A DNA stretch of 63,041 bases, filler included, from Craspedostauros australis (lineage: Eukaryota): assembly GCA_030167865.1 (NCBI GenBank). It is 22 parts of 22 records of this genome, joined end to end, with 100 filler letters (N's around TTAATTAATTAA, not from the genome) between each part and the next. Parts side by side here need not be neighbours in the genome. Positions count along the whole stretch, not along the records: positions 12,160 to 13,366 come from JALAGF010000657.1; positions 13,467 to 15,242 come from JALAGF010000658.1; positions 15,343 to 16,630 come from JALAGF010000659.1; positions 16,731 to 18,028 come from JALAGF010000660.1; positions 18,129 to 20,474 come from JALAGF010000661.1; positions 20,575 to 22,134 come from JALAGF010000662.1; positions 22,235 to 24,549 come from JALAGF010000663.1; 15 more parts are not named here. One strand, written 5' to 3'. Numbering within the stretch: position 1 is the stretch's first letter; each line of letters opens with the position of its first letter. Both the position numbers and the translations under genes were made by a program. This document shows, in pieces, positions 12,160 through 24,649 of this stretch. The notes beneath the pieces were generated by a model. That model searched no databases. It saw only the letters and a list, made by a program, of their open reading frames with translations, and had not been told where the DNA came from.

Positions 12160-13090
12160 CCAGATGATACAAATCATGCTGAGGCTGCTGACTACCTCCA
12201 ACATCTTCTCGTCGTCCATGTGGAAACTGGGGCAGATCCAGTCGACGCACGAGACTGCCGCCTGGATCGCGGCCAGGACAGTGTTCATGGAAGTCAAAGG
12301 CATATTCCTTGACAAAGACGGCGACGAGATAGTGGCACAATCCAGCTCACCCAATCCGAAATCCAAGAAAAAGTCGAGGAAGCCAAAAAACAAGGTGAAG
12401 GCGTACCCAAGAAAACAACCACAGGCCCGCGAGCTGGTGAGCGTCAACGACGTCCTTAGCGAATTCCACAAGACCTTCTTCGACGTCCGCCTCCCAATGT
12501 CAAGGGAAGGGAGCGAAACTCCACTGGCACAGGCTATTGCAGGGCTGAATACCTTACGTGCGTTCGTCTTCCGAGCCGACTCAAAAGCACAAATCCTCGC
12601 ATGGAGAAAGAGCAAAGAGGTGCGCCCGTGGACCGCAGCAGATGTGGCCTGGACCAACCGCGAGACAGTGAAGCAATTCGTCGACAGCCTGTACGCAAGA
12701 ACCGGATTCATGACATACACGCGGGTATGGATCGCCCACAAACAAGACCTTGACGTATTCGAAGACGACGGCACGCTGGCAACTGCAGCAATCTCGTTTC
12801 GGAAATCCGACATTCAAGAACACAACATCGTGGCGGCAGGATGGCTATTCGGCAGCCACAGCACCATGAACACGGATGACCTGGCAGAGGTGATCAACGA
12901 GCATGAATTCGTTCAGAACCAATGTGTGGTCCAGCTCCGCATACGCGAGATACAGCTGGTGAAGAGAAGAGGGAGAAGAGCAGAATCCGACGACTACCGC
13001 AGCAGGCCAAGGGCCACGCACATCATGTGCGGGGAGTCCAAATCCGCGATCTGCAGAATTGCGATGAAGGACATGTTCAACAGTTGTTAG
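12160..13090 (+). mobile_element. ORF1 fragment of a non-LTR (Ambal-like) retrotransposon, a different family from the 45.6-kb element
   Basis: Motifs align in order with ORF1 at 45749: DSKAQILAW/DKSLVIRPW, FMTYTRVWIA/VYMQILLA, IVAAGWLFGS/ITEIGFMAYS and ATHIMC/ALHIHA. Confidence 0.6.
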
Positions 13091-13366
13091 AACGTAATCG
13101 TAGATGGGTGTGAAGGATACCGCACCGAGAACGTAGAGTGATCAAGTCGTTGTTGTTGGTGAGGAGAGTGTTTGTTTACTGTNTTATTCGTATGGTAGTA
13201 GGAATGCTGTCNAGCTCACAAGATGGTTTCTTGAGAACTGTGAGCATGAGAGAGGCATGACATGATCTCATGCAATTGCAGATGAAATTAACACGGAGAC
13301 AACACGGCAAATGTGCGTGTTACTGCGTGAAGATGAGGTGCAAAAGGTCAATGAACAAAACACCGC
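13085..13366 (-). mobile_element. Possible LTR end inserted into, and truncating, the ORF1 fragment
   Basis: The ORF ends abruptly in TGTTAGAA (reverse complement ...TTCTAACA, a typical LTR 3' end) and the composition shifts. No TSD is visible. Confidence 0.3.
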
Positions 13367-13466
13367 NNNNNNNNNNNNNNNNNNNNNNNNNNNNNNNNNN
13401 NNNNNNNNNNTTAATTAATTAANNNNNNNNNNNNNNNNNNNNNNNNNNNNNNNNNNNNNNNNNNNN

Positions 13467-13651
13467 TGTTTGCGTTGGGGTCTGTTTTTTTGCCATCTGG
13501 ACCCCTCCTGAGAGGCCGGAGAAGTGCTTTTAAAAGCACCTGGTGCTTTTAAAAGCACTTCGGGGGGTCAGAGAGGGCCAAAAGTGCTTTCAAAAGCACC
13601 TCCACTAAGAACACCGTGAAACAAAACTCACCATGGATATCAAAATTTAAA
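13467..13651 (-). repeat. Palindrome-cluster repeat module, copy 1 (GTGCTTT-NN-AAAGCAC x3)
   Basis: 16-bp palindromes at 13524-13539, 13543-13558 and 13584-13599. Flanking arms match 32908-33114 in reverse complement. Confidence 0.85.
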
Positions 13652-14150
13652 CCTCGCAATTTCCGATCGCCGTGCGAGTGCGTGGTGGATACCTGTGTTC
13701 AACGTGTCGTGTCTCTGTGATCCTCTCTTGTCCGTGATTGTTGTGTTCCTTGTTTCGTGTTTCGCTCGCGCCGTTGACTCCGTCTGGTTCGGGAGCTTTG
13801 CGATCTTTGTGTGTGATGTTGTGCAACTTGGGGCACACGAGCACGTGTGCGACCAACAACTCCGACGAAGGATCTGTTGTCACCTTGTGCTTTTCTTTGG
13901 ATGGACAAAGCGGAAGATACGCGTTGGTGCGACGCCAAGACAACTAGCGGAAGTGCACGCACATCCGTTCTTGTTTGGCAAACCACAATCCGCGCATCTC
14001 GGCGCGCTTGTTTGCGGATACAGCCATCTCTCAAGAGCAAGACAGTGGAGCAACAATCTGACACAAAATCGAAAGAGCACAGATCGCAAGTACATCCAAC
14101 ACACAGAGACAACAACCTGCAAACGCAAAGCAAAGCACACACACGACACC

Positions 14151-15219
14151 ATGCACTTCCAAGGATCCATCAGCTTCTTCGCCCAGCTGTCGCTGGTCAT
14201 CAGCGGCGCCATGGGACGCGCGGATGCTGAGAGCAGCAAGCGCATCTCCCGCAAGGACCGCAGCGACAGCCGCAACGTCAACAAGATCTGGGGCCGGCAG
14301 AGCACCAAGACCCGCGATCAGGTCGCCGAAGACGGCCGCCTCTTCGCCAAACAAATCAGGGAGGAGCTCAAAACCAAGGTCCCAAACAAGCCGAAAGGCC
14401 CTGAGTTCATGGGTCTCTACGAGAAGACTGCCCAAAAGGTGGACCTCCAGAACGCCCCCTCCAACAAGGCCAAGAAGGCTCCAAGCCTCGCAAAGGTAGA
14501 GTGCGATCCAACTGTGGCACAGACCACCGACACAGGAATCCTGTCAGCGGCTTCCGGATGCCCCGCCGACTTCACCTGCATCCCGTTGCTGACAGCTGAT
14601 GCCAACAGCGGATTGTGCGTGCAGACTCCAGCTTCCATCTCGGCAAGCAAGGACGACAATGTGCAACGCCGTGCTGCCGCCCACCACGATCGCAATCTGC
14701 AGAACGGAGTAGATGCCGCGCTCGTCAGTCTCAATGGCTACTGTGGCTTCCCCAAATTTCCCAACATCGAGTGCACGGGATGCCCCCTCGATGTCAACGC
14801 CTTCAACTTCGCAACTGACAGCGTCAGCCTATACTGCGAAGGCGACGCCTTCATGGGTACTCTCATGGTCAATTTCTCCCCACCTGATATCGTGGACAGG
14901 CTTCTCAGCGTGGACCCGCCCTCTCAGGCGTACCAAATCTTCGACAGGCTCTGCGGCCCCTTCCCCATCATCGGAGATAACCCATTCCTGCCCAGCTCAT
15001 GCGACTGTCCAGCTCCGGGTTTCGATCCCGACACCCAGTCTGCAACTGTCAACTGCGCCGCCGCGTGCCGCAACTTTGGTGCGACTTTCTACGGCGATGG
15101 AACCGCACAGGTCAACGAAGAAGCGCCATTCTGCGACTACACCGCCATCAACACATGCAATTTCTTCGCAGAGACGTGCAACTGCGACACCGGCGTCCTT
15201 GACGATCTGTCTGGCTCAG
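14151..15219 (+). CDS. Secreted cysteine-rich protein, first exon(s)
   Basis: ATG at 14151 with a signal-peptide-like start (MHFQGSISFFAQLSLVISGAMG). Basic pro-region and an RNLQ site. Three degenerate C-x-C...F-D...C repeats. Probable GTAAG donor at 15220. Confidence 0.7.
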
Positions 15220-15342
15220 GTAAGAGCGTCGCATCATCAAGTNNNNNNNNNNNNNNNNNNNNNNNNNNNNNNNNNNNNNNNNNNNNTTAATTAATTAANN
15301 NNNNNNNNNNNNNNNNNNNNNNNNNNNNNNNNNNNNNNNNNN

Positions 15343-16170
15343 CAGCGATGAGGCGGAGTTCTGCGCTGGCTTCGTGAAGGATGGTGTCCACCAGGGTGCC
15401 AAGGACTCATGTCAGGGTGACTCTGGTGGTCCCGTGTTTGTGGCAGAGGGTGGCGAGCGCGTCCAGGTGGGCGTGGTGTCTTGGGGTATCGGTTGTGCTC
15501 AGCAGCGATATCCTGGTGTGTACGCTCGTGTGAGCAGCACGTACGAATGGATCAAGGTACGTACATCCGAGTGGGTGCATGCATGTCAATGCATGATGGA
15601 AGTATGATCGAAGTATGGTTGAAACATGAAAGGGTGTGGCGAGTATGGTGAGTATGTAAATATGTATTATATGATCACAACAATGAGCTCACTATTCCAT
15701 TCCATTCCATTGTACTCTTCCCCGCTCTCCCAATACTCCTACACCCACAGGAGAATGCATGTGCCATGTCCAAAGTACCATCCGAGCTGTGTGGCGCAGG
15801 AGGTGGAAACAGCGATGATGAGAATGACAACAACAACGATGGTGGTGGCGATGACAACAGCTCCTGCATCTCTGTCACGTTGAAGCTCCACACCGATGAT
15901 TTCCCAGAAGACACATCCTTCATGATGTATGACTCTCAAGATTCGAGCACAGAGTATTGGAACGAGTCTGGCTTCATCAGGTCCAACACTGAGTATCCTG
16001 AATACAACGCATGCGTTCCACGTGATCGCTGTACTTACTTCGATTTCTTCGATGCCTTCGGTGATGGTATCAGCGGAGATGGCTTCACGTTGATTGCTGA
16101 TGGAAAGCAGCTGCACTCTGGTGGCAACATCGGATCGGAGGTGTTGAAGAACATTCCTGAAGGTTGCTAG
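15343..16170 (+). CDS. Trypsin-like serine protease, C-terminal part, copy A
   Basis: FCAG...[11 protein letters not shown]...[12 protein letters not shown]...PGVYARVS. Phase-0 intron 15557-15750 (GTACGT...CCACAG). C-terminal module TDDFPEDT...DAFGDGI. Stop at 16170. Confidence 0.92.
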
Positions 16171-16730
16171 AGAGAGAGAGAGAATAGAGAGGATGGATTG
16201 CGTGTGAGACAACGGAACGGTCTTTCGTAATGCCAATAGCAACAGCAACGCCAACCACAATGGCAGCATTATGCAATCCTCCTCTTCCAAGTACGCGTGT
16301 TCCACAATAGAGTAGTCGTCGGAAAACCAATCGGAGCGTGGTTGCTCGTAATACTACACTCCAGAATGTGGGATCGTGTATCGCAACAACCGTCGATTGC
16401 TTGTCGTGTACTCACGCGGAGGTGCCATCACCGTTCGAATTGTGGAGCACGTACGGACGACCGCAGTTGCTTGCGCTGACGCGGGTAGAAGCAAAGCACG
16501 AGAGGAATGATAGGGTGTGCCAGATCAAGGAGTGAAGTGTTGCCACCCAATGCGCTGCGATGGTGGTTGCTTGTGAAGAAGCGGGAGTTTGTTGTTGTTG
16601 ATGGATTGTGTGTGTGTGTGTGGGGGGGGGNNNNNNNNNNNNNNNNNNNNNNNNNNNNNNNNNNNNNNNNNNNNTTAATTAATTAANNNNNNNNNNNNNN
16701 NNNNNNNNNNNNNNNNNNNNNNNNNNNNNN

Positions 16731-17568
16731 CAGCGATGAGGCGGAGTTCTGCGCTGGCTTCGTGAAGGATGGTGTCCACCAGGGTGCCAAGGACTCATGT
16801 CAGGGTGACTCTGGTGGTCCCGTGTTTGTGGCAGAGGGTGGCGAGCGCGTCCAGGTGGGCGTGGTGTCTTGGGGTATCGGTTGTGCTCAGCAGCGATATC
16901 CTGGTGTGTACGCTCGTGTGAGCAGCACGTACGAATGGATCAAGGTACGTACATCCGAGTGGGTGCATGCATGTCAATGCATGATGGAAGTATGATCGAA
17001 GTATGGTTGAAACATGAAAGGGTGTGGCGAGTATGGTGAGTATGTAAATATGTATTATATGATCACAACAATGAGCTCACTATTCCATTCCATTCCATTC
17101 CATTCCATTGTACTCTTCCCCACTCTCCCAATACTCGTATACCCACAGGAGAATGCATGTAACATGTCCAAAGTACCATCCGAGCTATGTGGCACAGGAG
17201 GCGGAAACAACGATGATGAGAATGACAACAACAACGATGATGGTGGCGATGACAACAGCTCCTGCATCTCTGTCACGTTGAAGCTCCACACCGATGATTT
17301 CCCAGAAGACACATCCTTCATGATGTATGACTCTCAAGATTCGAGCACAGAGTANNNNNNNNNNNNNNNNNNNNNNNNNNNNNNNNNNNNNNNNNNNNNN
17401 NNNNNNNNNNNNNNNNNNNNNNNNNNNNNNNNNNNNNNNNNNNNNNNNNNNNNNNNNNNNGATGGTATCAGCGGAGATGGCTTCACGTTGATTGCTGATG
17501 GAAAGCAGCTGCACTCTGGTGGCAACATCGGATCGGAGGTGTTGAAGAACATTCCTGAAGGTTGCTAG
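16731..17568 (+). CDS. Same trypsin gene, copy B (probable allelic haplotig)
   Basis: Contig repeats 15343-16630 with the same ends. Intron 16945-17148 carries (ATTCC)5 versus (ATTCC)3, and there are a few SNPs. Confidence 0.9.
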
Positions 17569-18128
17569 AGAGAGAGAGAGAATAGAGAGGATGGATTGCG
17601 TGTGAGACAACGGAACGGTCTTTCGTAATGCCAATAGCAACAGCAACGCCAACCACAATGGCAGCATTATGCAATCCTCCTCTTCCAAGTACGCGTGTTC
17701 CACAATAGAGTAGTCGTCGGAAAACCAATCGGAGCGTGGTTGCTCGTAATACTACACTCCAGAATGTGGGATCGTGTATCGCAACAACCGTCGATTGCTT
17801 GTCGTGTACTCACGCGGAGGTGCCATCACCGTTCGAATTGTGGAGCACGTACGGACGACCGCAGTTGCTTGCGCTGACGCGGGTAGAAGCAAAGCACGAG
17901 AGGAATGATAGGGTGTGCCAGATCAAGGAGTGAAGTGTTGCCACCCAATGCGCTGCGATGGTGGTTGCTTGTGAAGAAGCGGGAGTTTGTTGTTGTTGAT
18001 GGATTGTGTGTGTGTGTGTGGGGGGGGGNNNNNNNNNNNNNNNNNNNNNNNNNNNNNNNNNNNNNNNNNNNNTTAATTAATTAANNNNNNNNNNNNNNNN
18101 NNNNNNNNNNNNNNNNNNNNNNNNNNNN

Positions 18129-20474
18129 AAATAATCTTTGGCTTGGACGCAGGCCGTGAAGAGTTCCACTTCCCATCTCGAGAAATTACCTGCGTTGTCT
18201 GTGATCTTCCTCACGCCAACAGTGGAAACGTATCCATCTGCGAGATTGCTCGATCCCTCCGCCACAGTTGTGAGTGATGGGCAGAATTTCTGATTGGTTG
18301 GATTGGGTTGGAGCGATTTTGTCTTGTTGATCGTTTCCTCAAGATCGGCGCATGCCTCCCTCATCTTGAGAAGAGCTTCTATCAGCGCATTGTCTATGTA
18401 CAACGTCTTCACCAGGGTCTCCCACTTTGAAGCATCGAAGCTGTCGAGTGCGTTCAATTTCGAGACCAGTTGATGACGCTCGAGACCAAAGTCTGCATCG
18501 ACTACATTGGTTGTCAAGTTCTCCCAACGCTTCAGCTTGATGCGATCGTCACGGGCGTCTTCACGTCTCTCCTCTTCCTTGTCTATCCACGCTGTGACCT
18601 CACCCGTGGTGTTGGGGTCAAAGTTCTTGGGCTGTTTTCGTTCGGTCGGTTGGATGAGGTTCATTTCAGACCGCTGATGGTACATTCCATTCATCGCGAG
18701 ATCAGACCAAACAGCAACAGGTTTCACACCTTTCAGCGCGTCCCATGCCTCTTTCACGGGGTCTGGCTTGCCGGCAGTGCCTGTTGTGGACGATTTGAGC
18801 TTCATTCCAAGGGTATCCTCGACGATGGATTGGATGCATGTCCTGTTATCCAATGAGACGGTCGTGGCTGCAGTGATGGCAGCACCAATGATCTGCGTTG
18901 ACAACGCCTCGTAGGCAAATGGTGTTGTTCCGAGAAAGCCATCTTCACCGTTTAGACTCCTCCCCCTCTCCAACAGCCACACACTGAAGAGTTGAATTGC
19001 CTCATCCACGATGAATGGCTTCTCCAGTGTCGGTTGACCGTTGAAGGTTTCATTGATCACGGTGTTGTTGTTTGTATCCAAAACAATTTTGTCGAATATC
19101 GTGAACGGCTCGGGTGTCACCAGTCCATACTTCGTGACGAGATACCACATGATCCGCTTGTTATCCATTCCAAAGTCCTCAAAATTGATTCTATAGTCGA
19201 GATCCATCGCATGTTGCCTTGCTCTTTCGATGTCCATGGGCACGGTGAAGTTTGTTTGATACAGAAGAATCGCAAGTGCCTGTGCCGCTCGCAGAGATCG
19301 GTCGCTACCTTTCTCTTCAAAGTNCCTATCNNCCCACAGANCCGCCAAGCCATTGCTTNTCGCGAATTTATCAAACACCAACGACANCAACCTCATCTCA
19401 TCGCCNAGCTCGCCGAACTTCAACAGCGTCTCTGTCAGCTGGTTGACCAAGATCGAGGCCATCCTTGCATTGTGTGATGCGATGATGCTCAGGAATGGCG
19501 TCTCCATAATCTTGTCGTAGGTGGGAAGCCTGGACTGTTTCTTTAGGTTTCCGTCGTATCCATTGCAAAGGGCTTCGTACACTTCCTTGGGATCCTTTTT
19601 GGCACTGGGTTCAAGACAGACGAAGTTGTCGCTTAGAGAACCGACAGCCCCACCGTACATTCCGGTACCTGCGATGGAGAAGACCACCTCGATGGCTGAC
19701 AGGGTGTCGAATACTGGGAGCCCGCCATCATCCGTGCTGTTTCCGTTCTTCACGTTTCCAATGGCCTTGTTTATGATGTAATGACCGAGATCTCTTCCAA
19801 GGTCTTCATAGTTTCGAATGACCTCTTTCGCAAGATTGGGACAGTACCTTGCTTCATCAATGGCAAACACTATCCGAATCCTGTCGTCCTCCACCTTCGG
19901 GTCTTCTTCGTTTCCAGTCGTGTTGCCTTTATCGTCTCTCAGGCGTTGCTTCTTCGCATCGAGTGCACGCAACCGCTGCTGCACCGTGTTTACGATCGTT
20001 GATAGCACCTCGCCGTTCTTTTTGAAGAAGTGATCATCCATACATTTCTTCAAATAAGCCCGGCTCTGATTCGTCCGAGCTTCGCTTGCTTGCGCCGTCG
20101 CTACGTCATTCTCTGCGACGTACATCAGAGTGATGACAGCATCTCTTGACTCTGCACTTGTGGCCAAATCGACTGTCTTGCCTGTGCCGCTGCCGGAAAA
20201 GAAGACACGGACAATGCTGGATGCTGCCGGTTCCCTATATTGGGTGAGATGCACTCTTTGGGGGATTCCATGTTTGTCGCCCATATGTCGGAAATTGCAT
20301 TCGCCGACGTAGTATGCTACTTTTGTGGCAGTGCCATATTTCATGCGGCGAAGAAAATGCGTTGTGCCTTCCCGTACAGCGGTGAAGAGCCTCTCGAGGC
20401 TCTCCAGTACCGATTCGCGGAGATCCACTTTTGGGTTATCGAGTCCACCGAGACCCTTGATCGACTTCCATGCG
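18129..20474 (-). CDS. P-loop NTPase + PD-(D/E)XK-like nuclease protein (Crinkler/RHS-like), family member 1, partial at both ends
   Basis: Frame open across the contig. Walker A SGSGTGKT and Walker B IVFAIDEA, then FSIAGTG and HNARMASI. C-terminal AEGSSNLADGYVS...ACVQAKDY. Collinear with 28153-32352. Confidence 0.8.
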
Positions 20475-20574
20475 NNNNNNNNNNNNNNNNNNNNNNNNNN
20501 NNNNNNNNNNNNNNNNNNTTAATTAATTAANNNNNNNNNNNNNNNNNNNNNNNNNNNNNNNNNNNNNNNNNNNN

Positions 20575-22134
20575 TTCCGTGGAACCTGAACACCAAACTT
20601 GAAGATAGGACCTTGTGCACGTGTTTTGCGTTTACCAGCATTGATGAGACGGTTGAGTGTCTTCTTTCTCTTTGCTAGTTTACGGAATCGCTTCCAGCCA
20701 GGCAGACCGAGGAGGTTGTTGTCTGCGGCGTACTTTGCACAAGATACAGGGTCNNNNNNNNNNNNNNNNNNNNNNNNNNNNNNNNNNNNNNNNNNNNNTT
20801 CCATGGTCACACTGCCATCCTCCCATTGTACCTTTACGTTGTAGGAGGAGCCATTGTACTTGCTGTGATTGGAGTGGAATGGACCTTCATGACCGGTGAT
20901 GGCTTTGAAAACGCACATCTCCCCATCGCCGATCTCCTGTTCGTGCTGCTGTTCGATAATGTCAGCTAAATCCGTGTACGCGATGAGCTCTTCAGTGTCG
21001 TCGTCGCCGTATGCGATGAGCATCTTGATGTTGTCATGGTTGGCTGCGTCTCCATCCTTGATCTTGCGGATCACTCGAGCTCTCCACTTGAGGCCATCCT
21101 GTTGATGGAGGAAGGTCAATCCGAGCAGCTCATCAGGACTGAACTTGGGGACTTTGACTACACCTGGATCTGATTCTCCATGTGATGTGGCTACCAGGTC
21201 AGATAGTGCATGCACAACGGGTTGTCTAGGCTTAGGTGTGCTGTCACTATCGAGGTCTTCTGGATTTTCGGTTTCGCTAGCTTCGTCACCCACGTCACCA
21301 TCCTCCCCAGAATCAGGCAGGGGGTAGTCTGCCCGTAGGTTTCGCGCGTCATCAGACACACGTCGGATGCTTGAGCGTGGCAACAGCCGTTGTGTCGCGT
21401 CATCTAGAACCCAGAACGTCAGTTCATCACCCTTGTGCTCGCATGGTCCAGCCCAGCGTCCACGCCGTTCCTGCGCGGTGCCTGGGAAGGCAGCGTTCCC
21501 GACCTTGTAGTACACTGGCTCCCACCAGTGGAAGCTGAGGTACTTGCTCACGTCGGGACGTTGGCCTGTGGCGGCTTGGATGGGCGTGATGTGACCGGCC
21601 GTGGACTGGGACAGATGGTTGAACAGCCCCACGACGTACAAGGTGCAGATGAGCCAGAACCTGGCAGGGGTGCCAGCTCGGTCCATGATGCCGTTGGTGG
21701 TGCGCTTCACATCCTGGATGCGCCGCTCGACAGGATTCTGATGTTGGTGGTGTGGTTCGGACTGGTGGTCTGCGATGCAGTACTGCCGGAGGATGTCCTT
21801 CATCTTGCCCCCGATCTGCGCCGTGGCGTTGTCGGACATCAACACGTCCATGGCACCATGCTCCCGAATGAAGTCCTGCACAACACGGGGAACATGGGAT
21901 TCGCTTGCCAGAGGGTACGCCGCTGTGAGGCGCGTGTTGGATCCTACAAACACCTGCACCATGGTACATCCACCGTGTCCGGGGACTCCATCATGATGAG
22001 CAGGCGTGTCAGAGAACAACGTGTCCATGGAAACAACATCGTGTAGACGACTGACATTGGCTGCGGGGAATCTAGACTTATAGTGTTTACGCATGGGATA
22101 ACGCTCAGACATGCGGTACCACTGGGTAGTACAT
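20575..22134 (-). mobile_element. CoDi-type copia pol fragment: integrase plus chromodomain-like module
   Basis: RFPAANVSRL, VSMDTLFS, LMSDNA, SEPHHQHQNPVERRIQDVKR and FHWWEPVYY. Downstream YNVKVQWEDGSVTME...YAADNNLLGLPGWK and FKFGVQVPR. Confidence 0.9.
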
Positions 22135-22234
22135 NNNNNNNNNNNNNNNNNNNNNNNNNNNNNNNNNNNNNNNNNNNNTTAATTAATTAANNNNNNNNNN
22201 NNNNNNNNNNNNNNNNNNNNNNNNNNNNNNNNNN

Positions 22235-22422
22235 ATAGTGTTTGAGTCAGTGGTGATTCATGAATGAGTGTGGGAGAAGGAGGGAAAAGAGCGATTGTTC
22301 CGTATTTGTTGGTGGGAGGTTTCGCGCCAAAATTTCGCGCCAAAATAATTTCAAGGTGCGACAAGGAACACACTGAGTGAAAAAGTAGTCCGTTCTTTAG
22401 ATGAACTTCAACTCTCCCTCTC
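22235..22422 (-). mobile_element. Polypurine tract and start of the 3' LTR of the copia element
   Basis: About 70 bp after the pol stop comes GAGAGGGAGAG (22422-22412), then T and TGAAGTTCA... (LTR start 22410), running to the contig edge. Confidence 0.7.
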
Positions 22423-22492
22423 AGTGTTGAGTCGCAGTGAAATCGTGACATCGGTGAAAACTTCATCCGTGGTTGATGTATGAATGTCTCTC

Positions 22493-24549
22493 TTACCATC
22501 CCATGATTTGGAATCGCAAGTACTGGAAAGTCTGGACGATTGATCCCTTGGTGAAGACGTCGGCCAGCTGCTCGCCTGTTGGGATGTGTTGTACACAGAT
22601 GAATCCAGCCTTGACCCAATACCAGAAGAAGTGCCATTTGGTGAGGAAGTGTTTGGTTCGAGCAGTTGGTTGGTGATTGGTGGCGAGTGAGATGCATGCT
22701 TCGTTGTCTTCGAAGACGGTGCACTGCAGGTTTGTGTGCAAGGGCATGTCTGTGCCAGCGTTGTCGATGACCTGGCGGATGAGCTGTTGAATCGGAATGA
22801 GGGTGCGCATTGCGAGGGAAAGCGCAGCATACTCAGCCTCCATTGTTGAGAGCGCGATCTCCGTTTGAAGCTTGGACTTCCAGATGAGCGGACATCCTCC
22901 TAGTTTGATGAGGTATCCGGTACGCGACTTGACCGCTGTGCGATCCTGGTCGGGCTCTTGTCTGTATAGTCCTGCGAAGTCGGAGTCAACGAAGCACGTG
23001 AGGTCCAATTGTCCAGTCGGGCGTATGATGGTACCCTTGTCCTGCGTAGTCTTCAGGTATCCCATGATCCGCTTAATCGCTTTTGCGTGTGAGCGACGAG
23101 GGTCGCTTCCGAAGCGAGCGACTTGGGAGACAGCGAATGCGAGGTCTGGACGTGTGTTGGTAGTGAGGTAGAGTAGCATGCCCACCACGGAGCGGTAGTT
23201 CCAATTTTCATCCATGGGTGGCTCATGCTCGTTCCTGCCAAGTGCGGTTTGGGCCGCGAGTGTGTCGGCTCCGCCGCATTCCATCATGCCTGTCGCCGCG
23301 AGCACCTTTTGGATGAGCCCTGGCTGTCGCAAGTGGATGTAGTCGGCTTGTGGGTCACGGTTGACTTCGATGCCAAGGAACTCGTTGAAGCTTCCTTCTT
23401 GGGTGAGTTCGAACCCCCGGTTTCGCATGGAGCGGATGAAGTCGTCTGCGAATTTCTTGGTCTTGGATGCGATGCTGGCGTCATCGACATAGAGGACTAT
23501 CATGATGCCTTCGCGGATGAAGAGGCACTGCTCCTGATCGCAGGCCGTGAATCCTTCGGCAAGGAGAGCTCGAATGAGGTGTTTGTACCACAGGCGAGGG
23601 GCGATGGTGAGGCTGTATAGACTCTTTCGTAGGACAAGGCAGGTGTTCGATCCCTTGCTTGATTTGAATCCTCGTGGTAGATGGAGGAACACCGGCTTGT
23701 GGATCTCAGCTTGGACGAAGGCGTTGGTGAAGTCGATGGATGTCGTGACCCATCCCAGGACGATGGATGTGATTAAGAAGATGCGGACGGAGGACCATGC
23801 CACGACTGGCGCATAAGTTGAAGCGTCTTCGAGGATGAGATCGCCGCGGCAGCACCATCGACCCTTGTACTTTTTGATTGTACCGTCGGGGAGGCGTTTG
23901 CGGCGGAAGACCCACGTACCTGGGTAGATCTTCTCTCCATAAGGCACAGTGCTCTTGTCGACTTCTTCCCATGTACCCTTTTCGGTGAGATCTTGGATTT
24001 CCTTGTTCGCTGCTTGCATCCATGCGTCTCTATTATCATCGCGGATGGCCTCGTCGAAGGAGAGTGTGTCTGGGTCGGAGGTCGAAGCCTTGTACGCTGC
24101 CGTTCGCTCAGAGATGTCGAGGTCGGCGCCTGTNGCGAAGTAGCTCATGAGTTGCCAGTCAACATAAGCTGGGAAGTTGGTGGCATCTGGCTGTGGCTCA
24201 ATGATGTTCACGGAGTATGCGTGTTGTTCGATGTTGGCCCAATCCTTCTGTGGGATGCAGTTGTTGGTGTCAAGGATGTAGCTCGGGTCAACTGTTAGGG
24301 TGCTTTGGAGGATGGCTTGAAAGTCAGTTTCGCGCGTGTTGGGTACGTGATGGACTGGCTCGGTGCCTCCTTCTTGCACTCCAAGGTTAAATTGCTGAAC
24401 TTCGAATCTGCTGGGTTGCTGCCATGGTCCTGGGCGAATGGTGCTGGTGTGCTGTCGCAAGGATTCGAACGCCAGCCGGTAGTTGTGGCTCTGTCCGATT
24501 GCATTCCAGATGGAGAGGAACTTTGCCTTGAACATTGTTGCTCCGAGTC
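22493..24549 (-). mobile_element. Ty1/copia reverse transcriptase-RNase H (intact frame)
   Basis: WVFRRKR...KYKGRWCCRGD, TYAPVVAWSSVR, IDFTNAFVQA, IVLYVDDA, FVDSDFAG, IALSTMEAEY, FEDNEAC and QLADVFTKG. Confidence 0.96.
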
Positions 24550-24649
24550 NNNNNNNNNNNNNNNNNNNNNNNNNNNNNNNNNNNNNNNNNNNNTTAATTA
24601 ATTAANNNNNNNNNNNNNNNNNNNNNNNNNNNNNNNNNNNNNNNNNNNN

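Noticed and set aside
14151..16170. Cys-rich secreted ORF and trypsin fragment as one gene
   Set aside because: Plausible, but they are separated by an artificial linker, so the join cannot be supported.
15343..18028. Tandem duplication of the trypsin gene
   Set aside because: Same pattern: same contig ends, a few SNPs and one microsatellite length difference.
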